Shown in pieces: positions 17,725-31,570 of a DNA stretch of 64,000 nucleotides. Under the pieces are notes generated by a model. The model saw only the letters and a program-made list of their open reading frames with translations. It searched no databases and was not told the DNA's origin. The translations under genes were made by a program, and so were the position numbers. The stretch is from Lingula anatina (taxonomy: Eukaryota; Animalia; Brachiopoda), in the NCBI GenBank assembly GCA_051362555.1, contig CM120644.1:18498534-18562533 (forward strand), in the 5' to 3' direction. Every line of letters starts with the position of its first letter. The first letter of the stretch is position 1.

Positions 17725-18753
17725 ATTTACTTTTTGTAAAAAAAAAATGTGTTCAACCTACAACCTGGTCTCTCGAACAAAGTAACGATGGGTAAAGTCG
17801 CATGTCATTAATGTCCGTTAATCCTTTATCTATCTATTTAGCGGTGATCCCGCAGCTTTTGTTTAAATTCCGTGTAATTGTCATCAGTGTTTGAATAAAC
17901 AAAATAAATAAATAAATAAATAGATTAAAAAAATAAATGACGAGCGAAACAAGGCAAAAATTAGCAAAATTGCCATGGATCCGCCAGTGAATATCAAAAG
18001 CATGACGTTTAAATGAAAAATGTTTGCATTTTAAACACATTTGAAGTACATAAATCATTTTTTGTTTCATCTTATCTAATGACTAGCAAGACTTTTTGAT
18101 CATATTTTAACATATACATTCCATGAGTTAATGTCGAAAAATAATCAAATTTTGGATTGCGCGGAATCCGGAAGTCGGAGCTCGAAGGAATGACGGACTC
18201 CGAAAAACCATCGATTAAGCGTCGGTTAAAGACTTTTCAACTTACCCATATTATAACAGAGATATTTCGTGTTTCATTAAAGAGGAAACATAGGTTGGTT
18301 AATTGGAGAAGAAAAATTTATCCCAGGAAAATCAGGTGAGTATGAGTCTTCTTTTTTTTTTCTGGAAAATCTAACGGAGTGCTCTGTCAATGTTTCAGTG
18401 CCGCAGGGATATTGCGTCAACTATTGAATTGAACTGGCAGTTAAACAATAGTACAAAGTAAAGAAAAATAGTTTATTCAAGTTAGGTACCACAAATCTCA
18501 AAACGCATGTCGGCCCAGATGTAATATTGCTTAGATCTTGGAAAAAATTAAAAAAAGCGTCTGTTAAGATATGTTCATAAATCTAACTGAAAATAGACCA
18601 CTGTCGTTTACTATTTTGTCACTTATTACTTCTTTCAGATTTAAACTTATACCATATGTTTAGGCGCAAAAATTTCAGAAAAAAAATTATTACAATAATA
18701 CTAACACTCGAAGTACGAATTCAATACGGCGACATGCTCTGCACATTGACTTT

Positions 18754-21700
18754 TTATGGAGGGCCTCCCTCAATAACTGTGGCGAAAGCACGAGAACGAG
18801 CGTGGAAGGCCTCGTTGTTCGGACACAAGAAACGCACTTCGAAGTCTGCACAGGTCCCGTTTGGCACGTTATTGTTGGCGCACACAAGCCCCATGGGGAT
18901 TTTCAAACAGGGGACCACGAGGGGGGTGGGATCGACGCCGACGTACATTTCGTAGTGCGGGATGTGTGTGCCCACGGTGCGACACTCGGCTTTCATGGCT
19001 GCGAAGTTGCCTTTACCGCATGGCTGGAAGTTTAAAAAAAAACATCATTGTAACAGACAAATTTCAACAATGTAATGGACGGTAAACAGACGTTTAACTA
19101 CTACATAGGGGATTCTAGCGTTGGTGAAGGATCGATCTATCTCCCTGGAGAGTCTCACTAAATTGCTATCAACGTAACCGGCTTAAATGCATGTTTGTCC
19201 CGCCTAGTAAAACTGCTAGGGGATAATTATCTTTACACCCTCGCTGATTCGGTAGGCGTGACAAACATTTAAGCCTCTTGAGCTGATAGCAATTAAGTAC
19301 CCTCTACCAGGGCGAGTGATAGATTTTTTTACAGATATTCACAGATATGTCTCTAGCTAGATAGATGGTCATTTTGAGTTGAGCCCTAAATGACCATCTA
19401 TCTAGCTAGAGACATATCTGTGAATATCTGTAAAAAACTATCACTCGCCCTGGTAGAGGGTAGCAATTTAGCGTGAACCCCCAGGACCGATCTAAGTATG
19501 GGAACTCCGTCTAGGCCTATCTATACACGGATGAGGGTAACCACAACAGCATCGATTATTTTAGTCTTGGTATTGCTATTGTTGCATAACAGGACGGTAT
19601 ATATGATATCTGTTACTGAAATCAGGCCTTATAAACTGATTAGGCGTTAATAAATAACACTACCTGCAGATTTTTTAGCACTAACACCCATATTAACCAC
19701 ATAACCCACAAATTATAAATTTATAAAGCCTGGGAATATGCCCTGGACAGTAGGCCTACTGAAAGAAAACTAAAGAAAACTATTGAATCTTTTACTCTGT
19801 GATTTATATGTTTGCATGGCTGCAAACCAAAAATGGTAGCTGACGTAATACAATAGATGAATAAACAGAAAAAGCTTTTAAAAACTCTTTATAAAATAAA
19901 AATGAGAGAGAGAGAGAGAGAGAGATAGATGAAATACTTACGTCATTCAGATCAATCTCATAGTCGCCATCGCCGCCGGGATCTCCTCCATCAATGGTGT
20001 CGGGTGTATCCTTGTTGAGCCAATCTGTCCATAGGAAACCTGTAGAAAGCAAAGATACGTGTCATTTCACTTGTAAACATTAACAGGGCGTCTTAGGCTG
20101 TATTCCCAGAGCTTTTAGATCGATCTACCCCCGCGGGGAGTCTCACTAGATTACTGTCAGATAATCCGGCTTAAATGTCCGTCCCGTCTACTACAAGCTG
20201 TAAGGGGGTAATTAACTTTCGTGTCCGCCCGGCTGACAGCTATTTAGCGTGAACCCCCAGGGAGTTAGGTCGATCTAAAGTAGATCGATCTAATCTCTGG
20301 AAATGGGGTCTTAGTAAAAATATAGACTTTCCGCATGCAGCGTGGTTTCGTCACGAAGAATATGTAAGGTAAGCGAAGCGCAACCAGGGTATAATATAAA
20401 ATTGAAGAATTTACAAAAGGTCTAGGTGAAATGTGAGTGTCTGGGTTTTAAAGGCCCGCCTTTTCAGATCCATCAAACATAAGTAAAACAATAAAAACAG
20501 GATAAATCCGATAATGCTAGATAAATGGCAAGCCAAATTGTCCAGACTCACCAAAAATATGTAAAAATAAATAAAGAAAAAAGGATAAATGTAGAGAAAA
20601 AAATGGCTGTCAACTTGCTATCAATTCCAGTTGTACATGACCAGAACTAAGTGACGAAAGAATAACCGAAATGGATATATTATACATGAGAGAGAGAGAG
20701 AGAGAGGGGGGGGGGGGGGAAGGCTAAGGGTAGGCAAACTTACATGGCACTCCGGTGACACATGGCCTGACCTCTTCCGTGACCACGTTGTCACATTTGC
20801 CGATACAGATACGGGTGTGCGTTTTGGTGCCGTTGCCACAGGTAACGGAGCACGGGGTTTCAACGTCTGTGCTCCACGGGCCGACTGAAAGATTAAAATA
20901 AGTTTCGCTTTGGTAGCGTTTATTGTATACGTAAGTACATGTAACTTGTTTTATTCCAACTGAGGTGACGGATTTTTTTATTCTATCATTTTATTCTTTT
21001 ATTTACATCTTAAATCTTATTTTCTATTCTTAATTATCTTCACTTCATCTTTTTCTTAATTATTATCACTTCTTTAATTATCCTTTTTTTTTAATTTTTA
21101 TTTTATACATTAATCCAGTTCTTTTTATTCAAAATATACCAATAACAAATGCAACTGTCATTTTACCCCCCCCCCCCCCCCACTCCACCCGCCACACTAT
21201 TCCAAAATAACGAAAGAAAAAATAAGAAAAAAATATGGAAAAAAAACAGAAACTCACGACAGAATGGTGGATCGGCGTCGCATGATCGGGACTCCACAGT
21301 GGACACGCCGTCACAGTCCCCGTCGCAAGTGCGGCTCCTAGTCTGTGTTCCACCGACCCCGCAAGTGATGGAGCAGTCGCCCCAATCGGACCACGGGCCA
21401 ACTGAAAAATAAGACAAAACAATAGAAATTATTATACAATATTCATTAAGCTACCGATTGACTGGAAATTAAAAACAACAAAGAAAGGAATCATCAGTGC
21501 ATGAACAGTTATTTAATAAATAAGGCACCAATCAATATTACACTAAATAAACGGATGAATAGTCACTCATAAATTTGATTTGATCTAGGGTTCATCTCCA
21601 GGGCCACCTACATTTTTTTTCCATAAAGTTAAGTTCGAATTTGTGTCTTAAATTCAGAACGTTTTTGTTGAAGCAAAATTATGAGTGATAAAGGGCAAGC

Positions 21701-24589
21701 AATACAGTCTATATTAAGGCAAAGTGACATACAATATTATTTGAATGCTATACAGAATAATATTACTTTAGGTCAGGGTAAACCATAGTATTGCGATTTA
21801 CAAATCGGTACTATATATAAGCTATCAATTACGATAGGTAGGATAAAAGCCGGTCATCAATAGGCCCCTAGTAGCCGTAATTTAAAAATGTAAAAAAAAA
21901 ACTAGAGCCATTGCATTCGGAACTAAATATTATGAAGTAAAAATGACAAAGTGCTTATTTTAGCCGTAATTCAAAAATGAAAAAAAAAAACTAGAGGCAT
22001 TGCATTCGGAACTAAATATTATAAAGTAAAAATGGCAAAGTACTTATTTTTTCCTTCATGATATGCCAGATGGAGAAAGTAATTTTAAAGCTGTGTTATT
22101 GCTTACCGCAATATGGTGGATCAGCCGCACAACTCTCGCTTTCCTGTGTCGCAACATTGTCACAAATTCCGGTACACTCTCTGGTTCTGATTCTTGTTCC
22201 TCCAACACCGCAGGTGACAGAACAGTCTCCCCACTCAGTCCAGTCAGTTACTAGAATTATAACACAAACACATTTGATAATTGGTCACCGTGTTCCATGG
22301 CGGCATTCAAGACGATTTTACCGAACCCCGCTTTAGAACCTATTGCTTTCACTATCTAAGAAACGGTGGTGAAATCCCCAGCCCCCCCCCGCCCCCCCCC
22401 CCCCCCCCCCCATCCTCCACCCGTCAGAATCCTACGCATCAATAGGTCCCAAATAGCCGTAGATCAAACATGAAAAAATAATTAAAGGGAATGGCATTAC
22501 ACGCTAATTAAGTGTCGATTTGACTCAGTGATATGTTTGCTATGAAAGAAAAAAACTTTAAAGTTGTTTTATCGCTTACCGCAATATGGTGGATCAGCGG
22601 CACAACTCTCGCTTTCCTGTGTCGCAACATTGTCACAAATTCCGGTGCAAACTCTGGTTCTGATCTTCGTTCCTCCAATACCACAGGTCACAGAACAGTC
22701 TCCGTACTCACTCCAGTCACTGACTAGAAATATAACACGCACACATTTGATAATGTATTGGTCGTCGTCTTTTATGGCTGCATTCAAGACGGTTATGCTA
22801 ATCCTAGGTTTTGTTCCTACTTCTATCACTACGTATTTGAGACTTCTAAGCAACATATAAATTTGTGTAACGTCCGTCGGCAGAACAAGTAAGAACAAAT
22901 TAGTTCGCATTAGATCAAGTTAGTTACTTCGCATCTGCATTCTTTCAATTTCTATTTCATGCTCTCAGATTTCAACCTTTCTTATTTCATTATATACATT
23001 ACCAGTTGCGTATTTCGATACTCACCACAATATGGCGGGTCGGCATTACAGTCTTCGGTTTCGGTGACGGACACGCCCTCACAGTTGCCTACACAAGTCC
23101 TGGTTCTGGTCCTGGTACCGCCCACCCCGCAACTCACCGAGCACTCCGACCAGTCCGACCAGGGGTCCACTGAAGAAAGAATTATACGAGTTTTATTCAG
23201 TGTCTAATCGGGAATTAAGCGGCAAGCTTTTAAGTGGTACGCCATATTTGATCCGCGGATCTGTTTGTACGCTGTTCGAAAAAAAAAAACTAATGGAATT
23301 GTCAGACCACTAAAGTCACACATTCTAAAAACTACTGATCCCAATAAAATTTGGATCAGTGGCCAACGGCGCTGACTGAAATTAAGGACTAAAGTCTTTC
23401 TTAGTGAGGCTGGGATGGAGTTAAAAATGAAAGGACTGAGGAAGGTGGTTATGTCTTGGATACTTAGTTGATCTTGGGTCAAAGACTTACTATTCTTTAT
23501 ATCTGTGTAAACCGTAATCTTCCAAGTGTTAAAAATGTACACGCAAGCGACAACCCCTCTATTTAACATCCATGCATGAATTTAACTCACCGCAGAATAT
23601 GTTTTCGGTGCAGTCCCTCGTCTCCTCCGTCACAACGTCCGCACAGTCGCCGCTGCACGTCCTCGTGCGTGTCTGGGTGCCTGTCCCACACGTGGTGGAA
23701 CACGCGCTCCAGTCGCTCCACGGACCGATGGTAGCTGTTCACAGAAAATAATACCCACATGTTCTTCATTATGATAAACAAAGTGTAGATTTCGTTAAAT
23801 TAGGATCGTTTGTCATGGAGAATATAACGAGTCTGATGAGCGGTGTTCTTTTGTTACTTTTTAGGCTGATATATCGCTTGAAAATGTGGAAACATGCTTT
23901 AATTTTGAATCGAAAAATATCGTATTTTCTGCAAGAGTGCGTTGATGACCAGTCACATCTATGATAAAATAAAATAAAAATTCCATATCAAACATGATTG
24001 TGTATGTAAATTAAAAAAAAAACATTATCTTTTTTATGATGTGGCACACAGCCGTAAGCGCCGGCGTTTTGTAGGTGGTCAGATGTTTTTCAAGCGTATA
24101 AACATAAAATACTGACCGAGAGTGTTAAAATAATAATAATGATAGAAATAAACCCCCTCAAAATAAACACAATTATTTTATGTGTGAAAGAGCGAACTCA
24201 AAACAGCGGACTAACAAATCCGCGGATCAAATATGGCCGACCCACTTGAAAGCCTGTTGCGTAATCCCCGCGCGGCATGTATTCAGTATCTAATCGGGAA
24301 TTAAGCGGCAAGCTTTTCAGTGGGTCACCATATTTGATCCGCGGATCTGTCAGCCCGCGGTTCTGAATGCGCTCAAAGTTGCCCACTTACTGCAAGGATC
24401 CGTGTTGCAGGCCCGGCTCATTTCGCTAGGGCCAGTACAGCCGCCTGCAGGACACGAGCGGGTTCTATACTGTACGCCGCCACCGCACGTGACGCTGCAT
24501 TCGCCCCATTCTGACCAGGGGGTCCACGTGCCTCCGCACGGCTAAGAATAGATAAATGTACACATATGTGTGTCCAGCAAACAAAGCAC

Positions 24590-24635
<46 letters not shown>

Positions 24636-24788
24636 GTAACGTGTTGGCATCCCGTTTAAACTGAAAGTGAACCTCTAAGAAACATCTCACCCAATTAATT
24701 GACTCTATTCCTACCTCGTAAAAAGATTTAGGTTAAGAATAGAACAGTTATTTTGGCCTACAAAAACACAAAAATAAAAACAAAACAA

Positions 24789-24831
<43 letters not shown>

Positions 24832-25621
24832 AGAAATGGTAGATATTTACCAAGTTCGGTCCGTGGCAGGGGTTGGCATCTTGTGGGTTGGATTCGTAGT
24901 CTCCAATATAGTCGTCGGGTACAGTGGTTCCGGGGGCGCAGGGACGGCGAACAGACGACAGGTCACTCATGCACCGGTAGTAAAAACATCGGTTTGTGAC
25001 GTCACGGATGTATTCCCCGTACTTTTCACAGGGTCGTTCTGTTCAAGAAAAAAATTATAAAAAATTGTAGTATTTTTGTTTATTACTGCTACACATCAAG
25101 TCAAAAGTGTGCTTTCGAGATATTAATTGTTTAATTGTGCATTTTTGTGTCGTTACGAGTAAAACAAAACTGCTGTCTCGTTGATAAAATAGGTGTCGAT
25201 TTTTGTACCGAAAGCAAACTCGTGTTAATGTATTGATCGATATTACATTTCAAAGAGCGTTACAAATAGTGATAAATGAAGTCCTATGTACGCACCATCC
25301 TTCTTTTGTTTTGTTTTCCGTTTTATTAGCGAATGATTATGATATTATTAAAAAGAATACATCTTCAAAAGCGAAAATGATTTTAACCAACTTTCCAAAA
25401 CAATTCTTGTTCTGTTGTCCTAAGGGTATCATATTATTAAGTCAGCGTGAAGTTTCTATACGCTCATGAGGGAATTCTCTGACTAAGAACAAAAAGGTTT
25501 ATCCTATCGTATAAGTTAACCAGACCATTTCAAAACAAATGCAAAAAGTTTACTTACCTTGAATTGCAAGCGTCGTCGAAACTATCACCAACAAAAACGC
25601 TAGCGTCCCTTTAAGACCCAT
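18754..25621 (-). CDS. Secreted protein: signal peptide + chitin-binding type-2 (CBM14)-like domain + 7 thrombospondin type-1 repeats + mucin WxxW (CysD) domain; 11 exons, 543 aa
   Basis: Exons 25621-25558 ([19 protein letters not shown]), 25038-24851 ([20 protein letters not shown]...RPCAPGT...NPC), 24541-24391, 23734-23591, 23169-23026, 22723-22580, 22250-22107, 21401-21258, 20884-20744 (WSxW-CSxTCG-RTRxC), 20039-19942 ([10 protein letters not shown]...GDGDYE) and 19023-18754 (ECR...GLVCAN...[10 protein letters not shown]). Sum 1632 nt. TATA-like box at about 25685; minus-strand AATAAA at about 18472. Confidence 0.9.
19107..19508. mobile_element. MITE family A copy interrupted by a palindromic TA-flanked MITE (19298-19462)
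   Basis: Family A sequence lies on both sides. The insert TACCCTCTACCAGGG...CCCTGGTAGAGGGTA is a near-perfect hairpin with roughly 75-bp arms. A related copy is at about 10703-10828. Confidence 0.75.
20096..20310. mobile_element. MITE family A with TTA target duplication
   Basis: tta|GGCTGTATTCCCAGAG...CTCTGGAAATGGGGTC|tta. Confidence 0.8.
21872..22050. repeat. Two-copy roughly 90-bp intronic tandem duplication
   Basis: tagccgtaat...cattgcattcggaactaaatattat...aaagtgcttattt is repeated. Confidence 0.75.
24190..24374. mobile_element. MITE family B (PIF/Harbinger-like hairpin)
   Basis: Inverted arms atccgcggatcaaatatgg / ccatatttgatccgcggat with AAA on both flanks. A half-copy is at about 23195-23280; relatives are at 45902-46076 and 49610-49944. 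Confidence 0.7.
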
Positions 25622-27306
25622 GTTGTTTTTAACTGCCAACAGTTAAAGAAACGCTCCTAATGAAATTATATCAATTGTCTTTATTTATATATGTCCGCGA
25701 ATCCTCGCATATGATTACCCTTTGGGTTTGATCTGGATTTCAAAAGTGGCATTTGGTTTTAATTTGAATAATTTTGGTGATTCAAATTCCGGATCATATG
25801 AAGAATTCCGCGCATAGCGCTACCTCTGATCAGTGGTAATTACAAAAATATCCTTTTGAAATTATATAATTTATTCTGCCCTTTGCGTTAGTCACTACAT
25901 TTCTATATATCACTGTCAGTGTTTGAACAAAAGGTCTGAATAATGAATCGAAGAAAGATGAGTGGTTGACTTCATTAATCAAAAGTACCTGTTATGTTTA
26001 TGACCCGATATTAGACACTGATATCAAATATAATGGAAATATGTTTTCCATTTTTAAATTTTACTTCACATCATGGTTTCCCGCTTCTTTCAATTCTTTT
26101 CAATTCATCTTGTCGTGAGAATGTGCAATGTCGAGTGAAACGCACATCAAACGTACATGTAAAAACACCAACCGTGAAGCTTTAAATAGAATTGATAAAC
26201 TCGAATCCAAAGGGGTCTTAGTATTGCCATATCCCCAACTTTTTTCATATTGTTTTCTTTAAAAATTTGGGTAGTTGAAATCTCAATGCCTTGACAATAA
26301 AAACCGCATTAAATGCATTATAAAATCCTGTAAAAAATGTAGACGAAAGCAAAACAAAATTGATTCTTCAAAATTAAAAAAAATCATATTTTTTCACGTG
26401 AACTATTGATAGTTTTTTCTTATTTCCTCCTATAATTATTTATCTGTTTGTTTGTTTGCTTTTAGGCATATTTTTGCCAGAATGCATCTGTTAAGTGCGT
26501 ATAATGGAGAAGGAGGTTGAAGGTATGTCGATATTGCTACGAAACTCAAGTGCGGCTATTCTTTAAAGAGGAAACACCCACTGATTTCATCAATTAAACA
26601 ATTAATTAAGATTTATATACTTATCACTGCCCATCGTTGGAAAAACCCACTCCTGGGTGGGCCGACGTTCCACTAAGTTGGCATTTCTATACAGACACAT
26701 AAAATAGGCATCCCTGACACAATGAAAGAATAGAAATGTCAGAATTCATTAATGCGAATTGAGTATGAATTGAAATTTGTGGTCAAGTCTTCCGCGATGA
26801 CGTGAGAGAATATTTAATTCTTTAGAAAGATAAGCTCATAACTTTTTTTCATTTTGCTAATTATAGACTAATTAACGCCTCCAGTAACACCTTTTTTCTT
26901 GACTCAGTCATTTCCTGATGCGGCTATAACGTTTTTGTTGTTTATGTTCCAAGGAGAGGAATTATTCGAATAGTAAACAATCCGTGTCATTGATAACCGC
27001 CATACAGCAGTGGTTTGAGGGGCGGTTTAAGGCCTTTTTTATCAACTGCGTGACTAAGTCTCTTCATTTTTTTTCTCTCGCATATTCTCTTATTTCATAT
27101 TAAAATTATGTCTACTGTTTTGAAAAGAAACACCAAGGCATATGATAAATAATGATCGTTTCACCGGATTTTCCGAACTTCTTCATGATTAATTAGTTAA
27201 GAGAACCGTAGGGCCTATATAGGAAAGTGTCTTAAAAGTACATGTATGTTGTACACGTGTATGTGTAAGAGCCCCCCCCCCACACACGCACACACACTTA
27301 TCGCTA

Positions 27307-27354
<48 letters not shown>

Positions 27355-27356
<2 letters not shown>

Positions 27357-27526
27357 GGCCCGTAGCCAGCAAATTCAAAAGGTGTTTCTTTTTCTAAAAA
27401 AGTGGACCTTTTCTCATAAAAGTTTCATGTACAGTACCTAGATCAAATTTTACCCAGAGTGGACCTTTTCCCAGCAAAAGGGGCGGTTCTTTCGAACCCC
27501 CCGAATCCCCCCCTGGCTACGGGCCT

Positions 27527-27527
<1 letters not shown>
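27355..27527. mobile_element. Short CAG...CTG TIR element inserted in a (CT)n microsatellite
   Basis: CAGGCCCGTAGCCAG...CTGGCTACGGGCCTG; homologue at 31316-31570. Confidence 0.75.
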
Positions 27528-27569
<42 letters not shown>

Positions 27570-29285
27570 TATTTTTAAATGGTTAGCACACTGCATTTAA
27601 AATATGTTTCCAAATTAATGAGTTTTCTAAGCGTCCTAAACAATTTTCTTTTGACTGGTTAATGGCTGACCGTTATAACATACCCATTGCACGTTACAGG
27701 GGTTTATTGTCGTTACATGTGTATCTTTAAACGCGTGAACGGTAACTTGTATTTCTTCCATTATTATTTCACAAGTGTTGAGCAAGTGCAATTATATCGT
27801 GTTTCTCAAATGATCTTATATGTCAGAAAGTCGTGATAATTCAGTGCTATAGGAGCCGGGAAACCATAATACCACAATTAAAAACATTTGATCATCGTTT
27901 TCACCAATAGAAAATACATTGGGATTCGAGCTGGTGCACAGTAGACATAATGACCTAAAATGGCAATGAATTTCGTTCGGGTCCACAGATTTTCAATAGT
28001 TTTCCCTTCTTTTCTTTCCAGACAATGTGACCACGACGCGTTGACCCTATCTAAGGTCATTTAAGATTCCGTTGAGGGCAGCTGATTTGAAATATTGCTG
28101 GCATTCTAGCCGGAAAGTTATTGAAATGGGCCACAATAAGTGGAACAGAAGTGGGCAAATTAATTAATTATTTAACTCTGCGGTTTACGGTGGCCTGTAC
28201 TATTATGCTACGGTGCTGTTTACTGTCTTGTATTCTGCCCGCAAACAATTATGGTTGATTTATTAATTTTTAATGCCAAGCCGCTTATTGCGCTCTCATC
28301 TTTGTGTTTTGCGTGGGTGAGTGTGTGCGTGTGTTTGTGTGAGTGTGACTGTGACTGTGCGTGCTCACATGTGCGCGGGCTAGAGAGATCCCATCCCCAA
28401 AACAAGGACATTTACCTCCAGAAATACACGTGCGGTAAAAATTCATGGCTCTTTGACAAAGTTGAGGCAAATATTCACATAACATTATCAGACGTAATCC
28501 ATGCGGATATTCAATTTTACGCAATGTACAGCAAAAATGCGCTTTCTCCTTGTTCTCCTTGGGGTAAACACTAAAAGTATTTTAATCGAATCGTTTAAAA
28601 CAGAATCGAGCTATTCAAATCCACAAGCGCCATTCCTCCATAGCAGTGCATTTCAGCAGGCCAAGTATGACTGCGTTTGAAAATAATATTCGCAAATAAA
28701 TCACGTTGTTGAAATCAAGAAATTCATTAGGGATAATATAATCCACTGTAGCTTTTAAATGGAGATGTATTCAGTAAAATTTAGCACAAAGCGCAACATT
28801 GCCTTTCATCAAACTGGCACCGAAGGTTGTTTTATGCATCTTTGTGCGGTCAGTAAGAGAGTCTTTGGCTACGGACCCCGAGATCTGCTACACAAAGGAT
28901 TTTTAGACCGAATGTTGGTCCAAACTTTCATCCCCGTCTTCTTTGCACCAAGATGAATTTTAAGAAGTGGTCCGATCTAATGAAAAATTGCGCCTGTCTT
29001 ATGCGATGGAAAGAAATAGCTAATAGGAACAGTGTTTTTTTCGTCGACAATCACGCATTTGTCTTGAATTGATAAATTTCGGACCTAAAGTTAGGTTAGT
29101 CAGTATTTTTTGTGGAACCGGCTTCGAAAAGGGCGTTTTCGTCAGAGGTACTTATCGCATCTAAGAATGTATTGCGTAGTGTAAGAGTCTCCGTAAAGGA
29201 ATGCGAGATAGAAAACATATGAATTAAACACCCCACGTCCGCCCTTCATTTTGCGCTGGGCTGGGCAATCAACAGCAAACTCCAT

Positions 29286-29480
29286 GGGACCGTTCCCAGT
29301 CCCTATTAGCTGTGGATCGATCGAAGATGCTAGAAGATGCTAGGGGGTAATTAACTATCGTTTAGCAGTTTCAGTAGGCGTGCCAGACATCTAAGCCGCT
29401 TAAGCTGAAAGCAATTCAGTGAGAAACCCCTCAGAGATGGATAGATCCTGTTAGATCGATCTAGGTATGGGAACCAAGTC
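29286..29480. mobile_element. Degenerate MITE family A copy
   Basis: gctagggggtaattaact, gtaggcgtgccagacatctaagcc and agatcgatctaggtatgggaac are shared with other copies. Confidence 0.6.
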
Positions 29481-31315
29481 TATCTCAATATGCTAGCACT
29501 GAACTGACCTTTGGCTGACTTCGAAAGGACTTAACCAACTTGGGACAGCCGTCACGTAAAAGTGTCTAGATAATATTTGTCTGAGATAAATTCCGGACAT
29601 ATTTACCGCAAATATAACTAACGTTTTCCGATATGTAGGCGTAATATCCGTGCATTATCACTAAAGTGAATAATAGTGAATAAATATCAAGAGAATCAGA
29701 ATTTGGTATGAGGGATATACTAAGAAATTTACTCAGTAGCGTTTTGCAAGGAATACTGAGGACCGTTTACCCCTGTTTCGCACGTCTTTTAACTAAACTC
29801 GAACAAATTAAACAAATTGTGGTTGTCGTAACAATTATGTTTACTCTCATTTGTTTTAAGGCATGTCAACTTTATCTGTTGCGGGCTAGACCGCTTACAG
29901 ATCAATATCACAATGTCAGCTGCTTTTAAATTTTAGTTCTCGGGTTTCTGTTTTCAGCAAAGTAAACTAATTATACCAATACTTTTGACTAATGGTGTTG
30001 CAGCTGGTTATACTCAGTTGCCGACCAAAAAGCGCATTCTTTTACATTCATTTCATATAATGCAGGTAAAATAGTCACTGTTACTTCAGCTATAGTATAA
30101 GTAACTTGTTAAGGTTATATATAGCTACCACATTTACAACCACGAAGTGGAAGACACTGAATATTTAATTTCATATTTCTTATACATTCAGTCAAAGCAT
30201 ATGAATTATTTCAGGTTTTGAAAGTGAAATAGAATTAAAGCGAGGTGACATTGAATTTATTTAATCTTATAAAAATTCAAATGTGGTCTATCTTGACATC
30301 GGTGTTTATTTAGAATATATTTTGCTGCCGCTTTAAATTTTCCTGTTTTTGAAATATGAAATTGAAATATGTGGTCAAGTTTTGAGGTTTTGTATTATGT
30401 CAGCAAATATTACGGGAGCTTACCAGTAGGAAATAAATGCGTCACGTTTATCGGAAAAATTAAACCTCCTGAAATGTTTATCATTCAAATTGGAGACCGA
30501 TGTTTGACTCTCGTTATGTTGTCAGGAGACGGATTTCATCATGTATTTAAGTGCACTTCTTACAGAAAGTAGAAAAGCTTATTAGCTTATTCATCCCAAG
30601 AAATTATGTCATCATCATCATTGCTCTTCGTCCCTCGTGGGACATAAGGCCACAAGAAATTATGTACCAGATCAAATAACTACACGAATGACGTTCAACA
30701 AATAACAAGAAAAAAAAAAAACTCCATATTCTGCACAAATTTATTAGGTTGGCAAGAGAGAGAGAGAGAGAGAGAGTGTGTGTGTGTGTGTGTGTGTGCG
30801 TGTGAATGTGTGTCACTCAATGACATATTTCGTGGAAAGGTGTGGGGGCAATAACTGTGGTAGACAGATTTTCACAGACGCCCTCTTGTGACAACTCGTA
30901 CCAAGAAGGTAAAGTGTTTGTTTGCGTGTTAATGAATAACATTAAACAATCATGTACGCCTTCCTAATGCGCACAGCTTTTCAAAACATACCAGTTGTAT
31001 TATTTAGAACAGGCTGAAGCTAAGGATTTAGTCACATAAACTAATAATAATAATAATAATGGTAGCAGCACATGTAGTAATGATTATGGTGATAATAATA
31101 ATAATTATTATTATTATCATTTAAAATAATATATTAATGGAGTAACTACATGTCGTGACTTTTGTGTCCCAAAAGTACCCATAAATAAAGCACATTTCTT
31201 TTAGAAGGCTTGGATCCGACAAACTACAAAACGTTCATCCCATTTGCCCTTAATGTCCTCTCTTAGGAGAATACTCATGTAAAGACAACTATTAACTGAG
31301 ATATCTGACACCATG

Positions 31316-31343
31316 CAGTCCCGTAGCAAGCAATTTCAAAAGG

Positions 31344-31401
<58 letters not shown>

Positions 31402-31452
31402 GTTCCTTTTATGAAAAAGTGGACTTCTTCCCATGAAACCTTCATGCACATA

Positions 31453-31483
<31 letters not shown>

Positions 31484-31570
31484 ACCCAGAGGGGACCTTT
31501 TCCTAGCAAAAAGGGGGTTTCGAAAGAACCCCCGACGCCCCCTCCCCTCCTGACCCTGTCTACGGACCTG
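31316..31570. mobile_element. Short CAG...CTG TIR element with 5-bp TSD (ccatg) and an internal poly-G run
   Basis: ccatg|CAGTCCCGTAGCAAG...CTGTCTACGGACCTG|ccatg. Confidence 0.7.

Noticed and set aside
31345-31400. Long poly-G run and the poly-Pro ORF at 31336-31710
   Set aside because: Homopolymer expansion (or sequencing artefact) inside a small TIR element; the homologue at 27355 lacks it.
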